Virus record (IMG/VR): IMGVR_UViG_3300045988_180412
Span: 1-64,000 of that record
DNA: 64,000 bases
Strand: one strand, 5' to 3'
From: a virus
The position numbers and the translations under genes were made by a program. This document shows, piece by piece, positions 39,074-47,584 of this stretch (position 1 is its first letter; the number at the start of each line of letters is the position of its first letter). A model generated the notes under the pieces. That model was not told the origin of the DNA, searched no databases, and was given only the letters and a program-made list of their open reading frames with translations.

Positions 39074-39635
39074 TTTCTCCTCCCGTTTTATCGGTTATTA
39101 TCCCATCTTCCGCCATGATGTCTTTCATCTCTTTGCGTGAACGCTCTCGCGCCCGACGAGCCGAGCGCTTCCCTTTGGCTATCGCCGCACCGCGCTCTAC
39201 CGCTTCTTCCATTAACGCCTGCGAACCTGCCTCATCGGCCTCTGTAACGCTTTCGGCGGCTTCCTCAGCGTGCTTCATCGTCCGCTTGAAGTATTTGCCC
39301 AACGCTCGCTGCAAGTCGTCAGCAAAGCCCTTATCGCACGTTACGGTACTCAACGTCTGATACATCAACGTCGCAAATCCCTCGATGTAATCCTCGCGCT
39401 CTTGACCGGCAGCCGCAAGAAGATATGCGTATGCAGGCAATCGCGCATCCAGCTTCATCTCAAAGATGCCGTCATGTCCGCGTATCTCTACTCGCGAACT
39501 CGTAAAGTCGCCCTCGCTGTAATAAATCTCGACAATGATTGCTCCGTTGCCGAAGTCATACCTGAACAGAGGTTTCTCTTTAACACCGCGCCACACTTCA
39601 TAGGCCTTGCGCATCTTCTTAATACTTATTCCCAT
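39021..39635 (-). CDS. hypothetical protein with acidic/basic helical C-terminus
   Basis: 204-aa ORF. Confidence 0.6.
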   Translation of the reverse strand: MGISIKKMRKAYEVWRGVKEKPLFRYDFGNGAIIVEIYYSEGDFTSSRVEIRGHDGIFEMKLDARLPAYAYLLAAAGQEREDYIEGFATLMYQTLSTVTCDKGFADDLQRALGKYFKRTMKHAEEAAESVTEADEAGSQALMEEAVERGAAIAKGKRSARRARERSRKEMKDIMAEDGIITDKTGGESELGEREVDNVAGSGRD

Positions 39636-39698
39636 GTCTCTCTCTTTTTTAAGTTAATATTAAGTATATCAGTTATAATTCACGTTTTCACAATTCCG

Positions 39699-40616
39699 TT
39701 ATCCCCATATTTCCAATTCCAATTGCTTGTCTTGCACCGCTCCCTCATACTGACCCTTCGGCCTCCACAACTTTTCGACACGCCGTAGGCTGTTATTCGT
39801 GGCGCTCGCGCTGCATACGACATCCCATTGCGCCACACACACAAACCTATCCTCGGGCATCGCGTACTCGCTTATAAACAGCGGCTGCGTCTGCGCCTCG
39901 CACCAGTCGTAAAACGCCTCGTGGTCAAAGCGCACGCCGTAATCGCCCTTTTGGGTCGAAGTCCGATACGGAATATCGGCATATATTACGCTGCCATCGG
40001 GTATCTCCACATCGCGGTAATCACCCACGGAATACGTCAGCCTTTCCGGACTTTGCAGCCTTTCCAGCCTTTCCAGCCTTTCCAGCCTTTCCAGACTTTC
40101 CAGACTTTGCAGCCTTTCCAGCCTTTCCAGACTTTCCAGACTTTGATTATCGCCGCGCACTTTCGCTGTCTTTCCCCTAATAAGCGGCACAAGCTGCCGC
40201 ACTACCTCCCTATAAGCCTGACGGCGCTCGCGCACGCTGTCAGCCGTCAGCATCATCCAAACAGCTCGCTTATATGGCTCTATCTCGCGCGAGTAAAGAT
40301 AATCCTGCCCGTTATTCCCGAAGCTCCAACAACTGCGAACATAGGGGTCGCTGTCTTTAAGCGCAAAGAAGTCCTCGCGACTTATCCAACGCCGCTCATC
40401 ACGGTACTTCCCCGCAACGGCATCCACAAACAACTGCGGCATATCGCTTATATCGTTGATATGGATATGACCCCATTTGCCGCTCAACGCCGCACAATGC
40501 GCTATCGCACAACCGCCGCAAAATACATCATACAAATGCTCGGCACGCGGCAACAACGATACTATACGCTCGGCCAACTTATTCTTACTCCCCATATAGG
40601 GCATTCCGTATCGCAT
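39699..40616 (-). CDS. DNA N6-adenine methyltransferase (D12/Dam class) with an internal repeat linker
   Basis: N-terminal YMGSKNKLAERIVSLLP...FCGGCA (AdoMet site). Catalytic DIPY (DPPY variant). 33-aa (E/Q)(S/R)L repeat lies between them. Confidence 0.85.
   Translation of the reverse strand: MRYGMPYMGSKNKLAERIVSLLPRAEHLYDVFCGGCAIAHCAALSGKWGHIHINDISDMPQLFVDAVAGKYRDERRWISREDFFALKDSDPYVRSCWSFGNNGQDYLYSREIEPYKRAVWMMLTADSVRERRQAYREVVRQLVPLIRGKTAKVRGDNQSLESLERLERLQSLESLERLERLERLERLQSPERLTYSVGDYRDVEIPDGSVIYADIPYRTSTQKGDYGVRFDHEAFYDWCEAQTQPLFISEYAMPEDRFVCVAQWDVVCSASATNNSLRRVEKLWRPKGQYEGAVQDKQLELEIWG
40042..40140 (-). repeat. 11 tandem 9-bp units (CTTTCCAGC / CTTTGCAGC / CTTTCCAGA), in frame within the methyltransferase
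   Basis: Read directly. Encodes LESLERLERLQSLESLERLERLERLERLQSPERL. Confidence 0.9.
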
Positions 40617-40619
40617 TTC

Positions 40620-40901
40620 CTAATTCAATATTTCCGCCGCCTCTTTACCTCCGTTCATTAGCTTATACATCGCCGCTGATTTTAACAACACCCGACCGAA
40701 GTTCTTGCTTCGGCAAGCCGTTGTATACAGCATATCACTTATAACATCGCTACTGCCGACAGCCGCGCAACCAAGCATATCTCCATCGGTCGCTAAGATA
40801 AGCGCTCCCTCGGATTTTTTCGCATCGGCCAAGTCTAAATTCTTAATCATACGGTATACTTCCGCCACCGTCATCTTAGTCTTTTTATTATTTTCTTCCA
40901 T
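40620..40901 (-). CDS. hypothetical protein
   Basis: 93-aa ORF between the primase-helicase and the methylase. Confidence 0.6.
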   Translation of the reverse strand: MEENNKKTKMTVAEVYRMIKNLDLADAKKSEGALILATDGDMLGCAAVGSSDVISDMLYTTACRSKNFGRVLLKSAAMYKLMNGGKEAAEILN

Positions 40902-40921
40902 ATATCCCTAATTTCTAATAC

Positions 40922-42328
40922 CTAATCCCTAATCCCCAACAAAAACTGCATCCCGCCACGCGACCGCCGCTGCTCTACTCCGAGGTTCCTTAGCAACGAG
41001 GAAATCTCTCGCGCACCAAGCACTTCTTCCCCCGTATCTTCACAATAACGCATATAGTCGGCATACACCTCTTTAAGCGGTATCCAAACACCGGTTTCTT
41101 CACTCGCAGTGGTATAGCGACAATCACGCCACCACCGCCGCTGTGGATTGCTGTCATCTCGCATATCTTCCATCGCTCGCTTGACTTCATCCCCTAAATC
41201 AATGTTCCCCCCGTTGGACATCACTCTCTTATAACCTGCATATATCCAGTTAAATATGGCCTGCCGCGACTCGGTCTCGGTCAACTTCTTGGTCAAAAAC
41301 GGGTCTTTATCTTCTTCCGTCCATTGCCTGCGCGTAGTGTACACGGGCAACTGTCGCCTGTGGTACCCGTAACTGTCATCGGCACTCTCGGGCAACGCGT
41401 TGGTACAACACAACAATGGCGGAGCCGCCACCTGTATCGGGTCGCCGTAATTCCTGCGCCCCTGAAACATCTCTCCGCTGACAAAACGCTTGAAATCACC
41501 CCCGCTGATGTCTTTCTCGTTCAAGTCCCCAACCAAATTGGCTATCTTGCCGCGCAAGGCCGCTATATTCACACGCGCATCACTATCCTTGAACAATTGA
41601 CGCGGCGTAAACCGCGAAAAATACCGCGCACCGAAAACACCCTCGATAGCACCGGCCAAAACACTCTTGCCGTTTGACCCCGGACCAACTAAGTAACACA
41701 CATACTCGATACGCACATCATCGCGGTTTATCAACAACGAACCGCAAAACAACTGAAAAGCATCCCGAAAGTCCTTGTCGGGTATTATCTCTTTAATCTT
41801 TCGCTCCCAAAGCAACGACACAGCACGCGGATTATACTCGATGTCTAAAACCACATCACTCACATAGCGCCGCGAAAAGTCTTTCAACTTGCCTTCCTTC
41901 ACGTCAAATACGCCATTCGTAAATATCAAATAACGCCTGTCCGGCCTATACGCAAATTCACTCATCGACGATACGGACTCAACACACGCCCTCGCTACAT
42001 CCTTCGGCGCATAACAACAATACACCGCGCGTACCTTCAACATCACCATCGCCCGGCGAAACACCTCCGAAAAAAACGGAACGGCACTCCCGACATCCTC
42101 AAAATACCTGCCGTTAAACACATAGGCTTGACCCGAGTCCCCGAAGTATACCAACGGCTGCTTAACATCCCGCATCACAGACCCGAAAGCATCAGCCAAC
42201 CGAGCAACCTTCGACTTATTCACAAAACTATCCTTACCCCCGAAATAGGGACAGATAACATCTCGCAATTCCCCCGCAAAATGCGAAGCAACATAATCAT
42301 ATACTACCGAACTTACCATCTTAAACAA
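40922..42328 (-). CDS. primase-helicase-type SF3 NTPase (P4 / D5 family C-terminal domain)
   Basis: 468 aa. Walker A GPGSNGKS. Downstream hydrophobic-DE-like GDLNEKD region. Typical phage/plasmid primase layout. Confidence 0.7.
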   Translation of the reverse strand: MFKMVSSVVYDYVASHFAGELRDVICPYFGGKDSFVNKSKVARLADAFGSVMRDVKQPLVYFGDSGQAYVFNGRYFEDVGSAVPFFSEVFRRAMVMLKVRAVYCCYAPKDVARACVESVSSMSEFAYRPDRRYLIFTNGVFDVKEGKLKDFSRRYVSDVVLDIEYNPRAVSLLWERKIKEIIPDKDFRDAFQLFCGSLLINRDDVRIEYVCYLVGPGSNGKSVLAGAIEGVFGARYFSRFTPRQLFKDSDARVNIAALRGKIANLVGDLNEKDISGGDFKRFVSGEMFQGRRNYGDPIQVAAPPLLCCTNALPESADDSYGYHRRQLPVYTTRRQWTEEDKDPFLTKKLTETESRQAIFNWIYAGYKRVMSNGGNIDLGDEVKRAMEDMRDDSNPQRRWWRDCRYTTASEETGVWIPLKEVYADYMRYCEDTGEEVLGAREISSLLRNLGVEQRRSRGGMQFLLGIRD

Positions 42329-42356
42329 CTTAACTTACCCACTTAACTTACCATCT

Positions 42357-42515
42357 TAATCAACTTACCAATCGCAAATCATCAAGAGAACAAATTTGAA
42401 TTAGTTTAATAATTATATCTCTTTGAGGTTCAACCGGGTACGATGAAAATACCTTCCCGTTAACTTCCATAATATCTGTTTTCAGGTCATTACACGGATT
42501 AGCCTTGTATTTCAT
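42357..42515 (-). CDS. small hypothetical protein (52 aa, below the ORF-track cutoff)
   Basis: Hand-translated as MKYKANPCNDLKTDIMEVNGKVFSSYPVEPQRDIIIKLIQICSLDDLRLVS. Confidence 0.3.
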
Positions 42516-42551
42516 ATCGTTTTTTAATAAACATAAACACTGCTATATTTT

Positions 42552-42932
42552 TTATTCGTCGTCTCTCAATATTTTAATAGATTTAGCACATATGTCATGA
42601 TGTAATCCTTTATAGTATTTGGTGCCCTTTGGAATAATGGCTTGAAATACTTTATATTCTTTACTATAACCATACCATCTATTTACTCCTTCAGCTTCTT
42701 TGAGAGCAACTCTTTCATCAACAAAGGCATGGAAAAAACCTGCTCCAATCATTTTATGGCCTTCTTCACACTCCGTAATCATTTCGGGTTCCTGGTCTGT
42801 ATAGAGTTTATCAAATTCAAAAAAGAACCATTCAGAAGGTGATTTAATGCCATTCAAGGCTACTTTCCCTACTTTATAACACATTATATCTGAGTCGGCT
42901 GTATAAATGCCCTGTTCTGAAAAAAGACACAT
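42552..42932 (-). CDS. hypothetical protein (island)
   Basis: 126-aa ORF. Confidence 0.6.
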   Translation of the reverse strand: MCLFSEQGIYTADSDIMCYKVGKVALNGIKSPSEWFFFEFDKLYTDQEPEMITECEEGHKMIGAGFFHAFVDERVALKEAEGVNRWYGYSKEYKVFQAIIPKGTKYYKGLHHDICAKSIKILRDDE

Positions 42933-42933
42933 A

Positions 42934-43419
42934 TTAATTATTTATTTTATATTTATAAGAGAAGCCTTTTGGAGTATAATCATCATAATTCTCAGAAGGA
43001 TAAATTCCTTCAAAAAGCCGTTTACCTCTTTTATATAGACTTCCATCAATATCCAATGTACCCGATTGCCAACAGGATTGAATACCCATAGAGAGCCATT
43101 CACCATATGGAGTTCTTGTAAACCATATCATATTCTTATCATAGTTTGGTATAGAACAAGCTACAAAGAAATCTGTGGTTTCAGCATAAAGTCCAGAAGT
43201 ATTCTCATAGTTTTCTTTTAGAATATCCTGTAATGTCTTTGGCATTAAACAATCATACTCACTATCATAAGTATCTACAAGGTGTTCTTGACTATAAGGA
43301 AGTATACCTTCTACCTTAGCTTCATAACATCGAGAAGGCGTGGTTATTCCATCATCAAAAAAATGATATATTTTCCCAATTTCAGGAAGGTCTTGTTTCA
43401 TATTTCTTCTCATCATCAA
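42934..43419 (-). CDS. hypothetical protein (island)
   Basis: 161-aa ORF, 1-nt gap to the next gene. Confidence 0.6.
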   Translation of the reverse strand: MMMRRNMKQDLPEIGKIYHFFDDGITTPSRCYEAKVEGILPYSQEHLVDTYDSEYDCLMPKTLQDILKENYENTSGLYAETTDFFVACSIPNYDKNMIWFTRTPYGEWLSMGIQSCWQSGTLDIDGSLYKRGKRLFEGIYPSENYDDYTPKGFSYKYKINN

Positions 43420-43466
43420 GATTTATTTGTTCATTCATAATTCAATTTTCAAAAAATACTCTATAT

Positions 43467-43574
43467 CTATTTTTGAGATTTATTCTCCCTTTTCAATACC
43501 ACGCATAAACTTATTATCATAGTTAGTTCGGCCAATAACGCACCTACAATGCATCCTATTATAAACATTAACAT
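43467..43574 (-). CDS. 35-aa hydrophobic peptide (possible small membrane protein)
   Basis: Hand-translated as MLMFIIGCIVGALLAELTMIISLCVVLKRENKSQK. Confidence 0.3.
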   Translation of the reverse strand: MLMFIIGCIVGALLAELTMIISLCVVLKRENKSQK

Positions 43575-43580
43575 AATTAT

Positions 43581-43907
43581 TTATTTTATTTTCTCTATTG
43601 CATCCACAACCTCTAACATAAACCCCGCATAAGTCTGAGATTGACCTTCATTATACTCTCCCTCATAAAACCATTGAAAGACATGGAAAACCTCATGCCA
43701 GAATGTATGAAGTACTTGTATCTCAGAGAAAGCAACTTCCTTATGATTTGAAAGTGCATATTGAGCAATTTTTATTTCATTATTAACAGGGTCAAATTTA
43801 CCAAACTCACCATCTAAAATATCTACTATTCTAACTTTAATAGTATGTTTAAGAATTGTTATTTCTTTTGGAATTTTCATAATAATTATTTCATTCTTCA
43901 TTGTCAA
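43581..43907 (-). CDS. minimal HExxH zinc-metallopeptidase-like protein (ImmA/IrrE-like core)
   Basis: 108 aa. TFWHEVFHVF, preceded by a beta-rich ...IKVRIVD...NEIKIA segment as in COG2856-type peptidases. Confidence 0.5.
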   Translation of the reverse strand: MTMKNEIIIMKIPKEITILKHTIKVRIVDILDGEFGKFDPVNNEIKIAQYALSNHKEVAFSEIQVLHTFWHEVFHVFQWFYEGEYNEGQSQTYAGFMLEVVDAIEKIK

Positions 43908-44079
43908 TGAACTCTTTTGTTACGTCTTCGCCCAATTCAAACACCATAAAATCACAGGCGAAAAATTTGTCCTTAGCGTTCTTTATAATACGAGGAATAT
44001 CTTCTTTTGAAAGCGCCACACTATAAGTTGGCAAATAATAGTTACCCTCTGATTCTAAATAAAGAATTACATACTTCAT
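43891..44079 (-). CDS. hypothetical small protein, paralog of 44331-44546
   Basis: 62 aa. C-terminal FMVFELGEDVTKEFI compares with NINVYELGSKVTDKFI. Confidence 0.55.
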   Translation of the reverse strand: MKYVILYLESEGNYYLPTYSVALSKEDIPRIIKNAKDKFFACDFMVFELGEDVTKEFIDNEE

Positions 44080-44091
44080 ATTTCTAATAGT

Positions 44092-44334
44092 TTATATTGT
44101 TAAAGTGTATTCATAAACATCATCACCGCAATCATCACAATGACCTATAAATTCAGCATTCCCATTTAATTCAAGGAAATCAATAATCATATTTCGAATG
44201 GTTGAATTGTCTCCATATTTGTCAATTAAAGATTTAAATATGTCTCTTTGCTCTTGCAAAGTAAAATCTTCAATTTTTTTATTATCAATATCCAGGTTAT
44301 ATGCCATACAACCCTCTGTATAAGTTAGTTTCAT
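44092..44334 (-). CDS. hypothetical small protein (island)
   Basis: 80-aa ORF. Confidence 0.55.
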   Translation of the reverse strand: MKLTYTEGCMAYNLDIDNKKIEDFTLQEQRDIFKSLIDKYGDNSTIRNMIIDFLELNGNAEFIGHCDDCGDDVYEYTLTI

Positions 44335-44546
44335 ATAAATTTATCTGTTACTTTACTACCAAGTTCATAAACGTTTATATTAACTTTTTCTATATCTTTA
44401 GATTGATTGATTTCATCAATAAGCTCTTTTACTTTATCCTTCGAGTCTTTAACTTTATAAAACGTATTATTATCATCAATTACCCAATATCGATTGAGTG
44501 TAGGCGGTCCATACCAACCATAATTAACCTTCATTATATAACCCAT
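44331..44546 (-). CDS. hypothetical small protein, paralog of 43891-44079
   Basis: 71-aa ORF with a shared C-terminal motif. Confidence 0.55.
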   Translation of the reverse strand: MGYIMKVNYGWYGPPTLNRYWVIDDNNTFYKVKDSKDKVKELIDEINQSKDIEKVNINVYELGSKVTDKFI

Positions 44547-44558
44547 CTTATAAACTAT

Positions 44559-44879
44559 TTATTTCTTTTTCCAAAAATCTTCTGTGATTTCCGATAAAAT
44601 CTGAGGATCTTTAAGTAAAGGCTCCCCATCATTACCTCTCCCTATTTCTTCACCCGATAAAATGTATACAGATCTTTTTTCTGCAATAAGGCCATATAGT
44701 GTATGAAGCACCTCACGTGTCATCGGCTTAGGAAATATAACGTGCCATCCATCAGTCATTAAAACAGCATCATACACAGACACACCAAGTTCTTGACCTA
44801 TGATTTCATCTCTTAACCAGATGTTTGATAGTCCTGATGTCGGAATATCACCAAAACGCAAGTAATATTTCATAGTCAC
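44559..44879 (-). CDS. hypothetical protein (island)
   Basis: 106-aa ORF. Confidence 0.55.
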   Translation of the reverse strand: MTMKYYLRFGDIPTSGLSNIWLRDEIIGQELGVSVYDAVLMTDGWHVIFPKPMTREVLHTLYGLIAEKRSVYILSGEEIGRGNDGEPLLKDPQILSEITEDFWKKK

Positions 44880-44928
44880 TTATTACTCTAAAACCCCTTT
44901 CTCCAATAAACAAACTACTCAACCAACT

Positions 44929-45123
44929 TCATCTCCAACTCCCCCTCTCCCCCCACAAAAGAAGAAGAAAAACCACGCCGACAAAAAAAACCAAACCACT
45001 CAGCCATACCCCAATCAATCTAAACTCGTTCAACACTTTCAGATCAATCAAAACCACGCTCAAACCACAAATCAACCAATTTAACCAATCAGCTCCATAA
45101 ATAATCCGGATTAAAGCAAACAT
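44929..45123 (-). CDS. possible small membrane protein (may be an artefact of the G-poor tract)
   Basis: 64-aa hydrophobic ORF in compositionally skewed DNA. Confidence 0.3.
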   Translation of the reverse strand: MFALIRIIYGADWLNWLICGLSVVLIDLKVLNEFRLIGVWLSGLVFFVGVVFLLLLWGERGSWR

Positions 45124-45204
45124 AACTCGTCAAGATTAAAACCAATCAAGATATTCCAATCAAAATAAACCCGTCAGCCACGCAAACAACCAACACGGCT
45201 CTGA

Positions 45205-45212
45205 CAAAATTA
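45205..45212 (-). promoter_or_regulatory. candidate leftward -7 box (TAATTTTG on the minus strand)
   Basis: CAAAATTA on the plus strand. A second candidate, TAAATTTG, lies at 45516-45523. Confidence 0.3.
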
Positions 45213-45734
45213 ATAATCAAAAACCAATCACCAAATATCCAAACATCCAAATTTTCTAAATTTAATCCTTTATTTATATTTATAATACTATAATACTATA
45301 ATATATACTATACTAACTATGTATATAGTTAGGATAGTTTCTCGCCTTTTCCTTAAAAATTTTTTTTAAGGCGAGAACTTTTCCCCGAAAAATAATACAC
45401 TCATACATATTCACTAAATAATATATTACTAACCAAATAGTTATATGTGTGTAGATTGGTGTGTATGTCTCCCCAATTTACCCCCTTTCGTGTACATAAA
45501 ATCACCTTTTTACCCCAAATTTACCCGATTTTTTATCCCAAAAATACCCCCTTTTCACCAAAAATCAACCACCATCCCCAAAACACCAAAATAACCTCCC
45601 ACAACAACACCCTCAACAACCCCAAATAATCCCATATTATCACAATCCCCATAGAACTTCTCTAACTACATTATCTGTCTTATCTAAATTTGGTTTACTC
45701 AAAAGTCAACCTGTTTTAGGACGACACAATCACC

Positions 45735-45829
45735 CATACACAACTAAACCATACACAACTAAACCATACACAACTAAACTAAACTAAACCAAACTAAACT
45801 AAACCAAACTAAACTAAACCAAACTAAAC
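45735..45829. repeat. two abutting 15-bp tandem arrays (CATACACAACTAAAC x3, then TAAACTAAACCAAAC x3.3)
   Basis: Read directly. Confidence 0.9.
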
Positions 45830-45837
45830 ACTCATCT

Positions 45838-45872
45838 CACAATCCACAATCCACAATCCACAATCCACAATC
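45838..45872. repeat. 7-bp tandem repeat CACAATC x5
   Basis: Read directly. Confidence 0.9.
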
Positions 45873-46261
45873 CCTTTATAATCCCTGTCTCTAACTTCTG
45901 ACCGCTCTTAAATCATACTCTTTTCTGCTCTTTTCTATTCTTTTGCTCTATTCTACTTTCTCCACTCTACCTCTCTTTTACCCTATTTTCAAAGCACTTT
46001 AATCGCGCATAACTTGCTGATGAGCAATCATAACTTTCTGATAATCAGTTGTAACGCATTGACAATCAATTGGTTATACCCAAATTTTAATAAAAAAATT
46101 TAGAATGGACGCACCTCCAAACCCCAAAAAAATCGGCTTTTTGACCCCCCGCACCCCTATATTTTTTTTGTAATTCATGATAATCAATGTGTTTGGGCTA
46201 ATGTATCGTTCGCCACTCCACTCCGAACCGTATTTGTAACTGTCTGAAAATCAGGCAGTTA

Positions 46262-46598
46262 CGTGTTTTTGCGTGTTTTTTACGCATTAATCATTTCCCG
46301 GCCGTCCCCACATCCTCCAAATTTACATAATCGTGGATTATAAGCCGGTTTGCGATTATCGTTTGCGTTTATTTTGAAATATGCTTATTAAAATCAAGCG
46401 TGATTATCTGTTTAGATCCGGAACGTTTTACGATTTAGCATGATTTGCATTTGCTAAAATCAAGTTTGCGCCGTTGTTGTTTTTGCGTGAAAGATACGCA
46501 AAGTTATTGAGAGTTGTTTAGTGGATTAATTATGTGTAAAATTTACGCAAAGCGTTGATATTGCCGGGTTGTGTATTTTTGTGTGTGTTATACGCAAA
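46262..46598. promoter_or_regulatory. operator-like array of TTTGCGT / ACGCAAA heptamers, including two N7-spaced inverted repeats
   Basis: TGCGT-N7-ACGCA at 46270-46286. Perfect TTTGCGT-N7-ACGCAAA at 46482-46502. Single copies at 46362, 46545 and 46592. Confidence 0.5.
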
Positions 46599-46695
46599 AT
46601 TTGGCTGTCTATGTCTGTTTTTGTCTATTAGTTAAATAATGTGAAATTGCCCGAAAATAATTGCTTAAATGCTTGACTTAATGAAAAATAGTCCG

Positions 46696-46703
46696 TACCT
46701 TTG
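46696..46703 (+). promoter_or_regulatory. -7 box TACCTTTG for the rightward early operon
   Basis: TAnnTTTG match 59 nt upstream of ATG 46762. Same octamer as upstream of terL. Confidence 0.5.
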
Positions 46704-46761
46704 CATGTAGAAAAGGGGACGAAATAAGCCCTATATATAACACTTAAAAAATCAAATCAAA

Positions 46762-47070
46762 ATGCGAAAAATCGAATCTGAAATGTATGCAGCCTTTAAT
46801 GCCGGCTACAACTGGGCAAAAAGCAATACACGCGTTGAGGTCTCAACCTCCGACGACGAGAAGCGCGTGCGCTGCTTTCTTTTCGGCAATATCATAGCCG
46901 AAAAAATCATAAACAAAAGCGTGTACATTAAGCGGTTTTTTACAAGTGGGTACAATACCGCAACCACTTGCAACCGCTTGAACGCCCTCGGTGCGAATGT
47001 CAGCCGCAAAGGCGGATATATCCACTATGCCGACGGCACCCCCGTGCAAGCGCATTATACCGCACAATAA
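46762..47070 (+). CDS. hypothetical protein
   Basis: 102-aa ORF, first gene after the promoter. Confidence 0.6.
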   Translation: MRKIESEMYAAFNAGYNWAKSNTRVEVSTSDDEKRVRCFLFGNIIAEKIINKSVYIKRFFTSGYNTATTCNRLNALGANVSRKGGYIHYADGTPVQAHYTAQ

Positions 47071-47184
47071 AACAAAAAAAACGCCCCGGCGCTAACTTCA
47101 CAGCCGGCGCCGGGGCTAACTTAAAAAATCAAATCACTGCAAAGGTACGATATTTCGGCCTTTGCGCAAAATCAAAAAATCACA

Positions 47185-47424
47185 ATGAAAGTCACACTAA
47201 ACAAAAAGACCTCCGGGGGGTATTTCCCCGAAACGGTCAACGTTGAGTCGATTACTTGGGGGTTTGCCTCAAAAACCGCAACGCTACATATTGCCCCCGA
47301 GGAGTTTACGGAAAAATTTCAAGCGGTTGCCTTTGCCCAAATGTATGGTACCCGTATTTCCTTTGCGGCAACAATAGATATAGAAGTAAATAGCGAATAT
47401 ATATCCGACATATATTTCAGCTAA
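47185..47424 (+). CDS. hypothetical protein
   Basis: 79-aa ORF. Confidence 0.55.
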   Translation: MKVTLNKKTSGGYFPETVNVESITWGFASKTATLHIAPEEFTEKFQAVAFAQMYGTRISFAATIDIEVNSEYISDIYFS

Positions 47425-47434
47425 TCCGAATAAT

Positions 47435-47478
47435 CACCCGGCCGGTGCTTTTGGCGTGTTCGACTCGCGCCCGGGGTG
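47435..47478 (+). ncRNA. tRNA-like minihelix (acceptor-like stem plus T-arm)
   Basis: CACCCGG...GGCGTG-TTCGACT-CGCGCC-CGGGGTG. The T-arm is nearly identical to the one at 61074-61090. Confidence 0.4.
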
Positions 47479-47584
47479 CAAAGAAACAGTCGGCCCGGCG
47501 ACTATAAACAGGCATTAGGCCGTGCGCGTGGGCGGAAAATCCGCCCGGTTGTACTAAATAAATAAATCCTAAATAAATACAGCT

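Larger units (their letters stand above)
42350..45130 (-). other. low-GC accessory island of ~10 tightly packed small genes
   Basis: Visibly AT-rich against ~50% GC flanks. Genes are overlapping or abutting. It is the promoter-proximal part of the leftward operon. Confidence 0.7.

Noticed and set aside
39828-40661. 277-aa plus-strand ORF containing PFQ repeats
   Set aside because: It is antisense to the Dam-like methylase, whose motifs are clear. The PFQPFQ string is simply the reverse reading of the 9-bp VNTR.
45447-45629. 60-aa plus-strand ORF
   Set aside because: Its low-complexity Pro/Thr/Asn product arises from the G-depleted tract. There is no start context and no neighbouring operon on that strand.
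45735-45872. Possible CRISPR array, given the regular short repeats
   Set aside because: The units are directly abutting 15-bp and 7-bp tandem repeats with no unique spacers, and no cas genes are nearby. This is a micro/minisatellite, not a CRISPR array.
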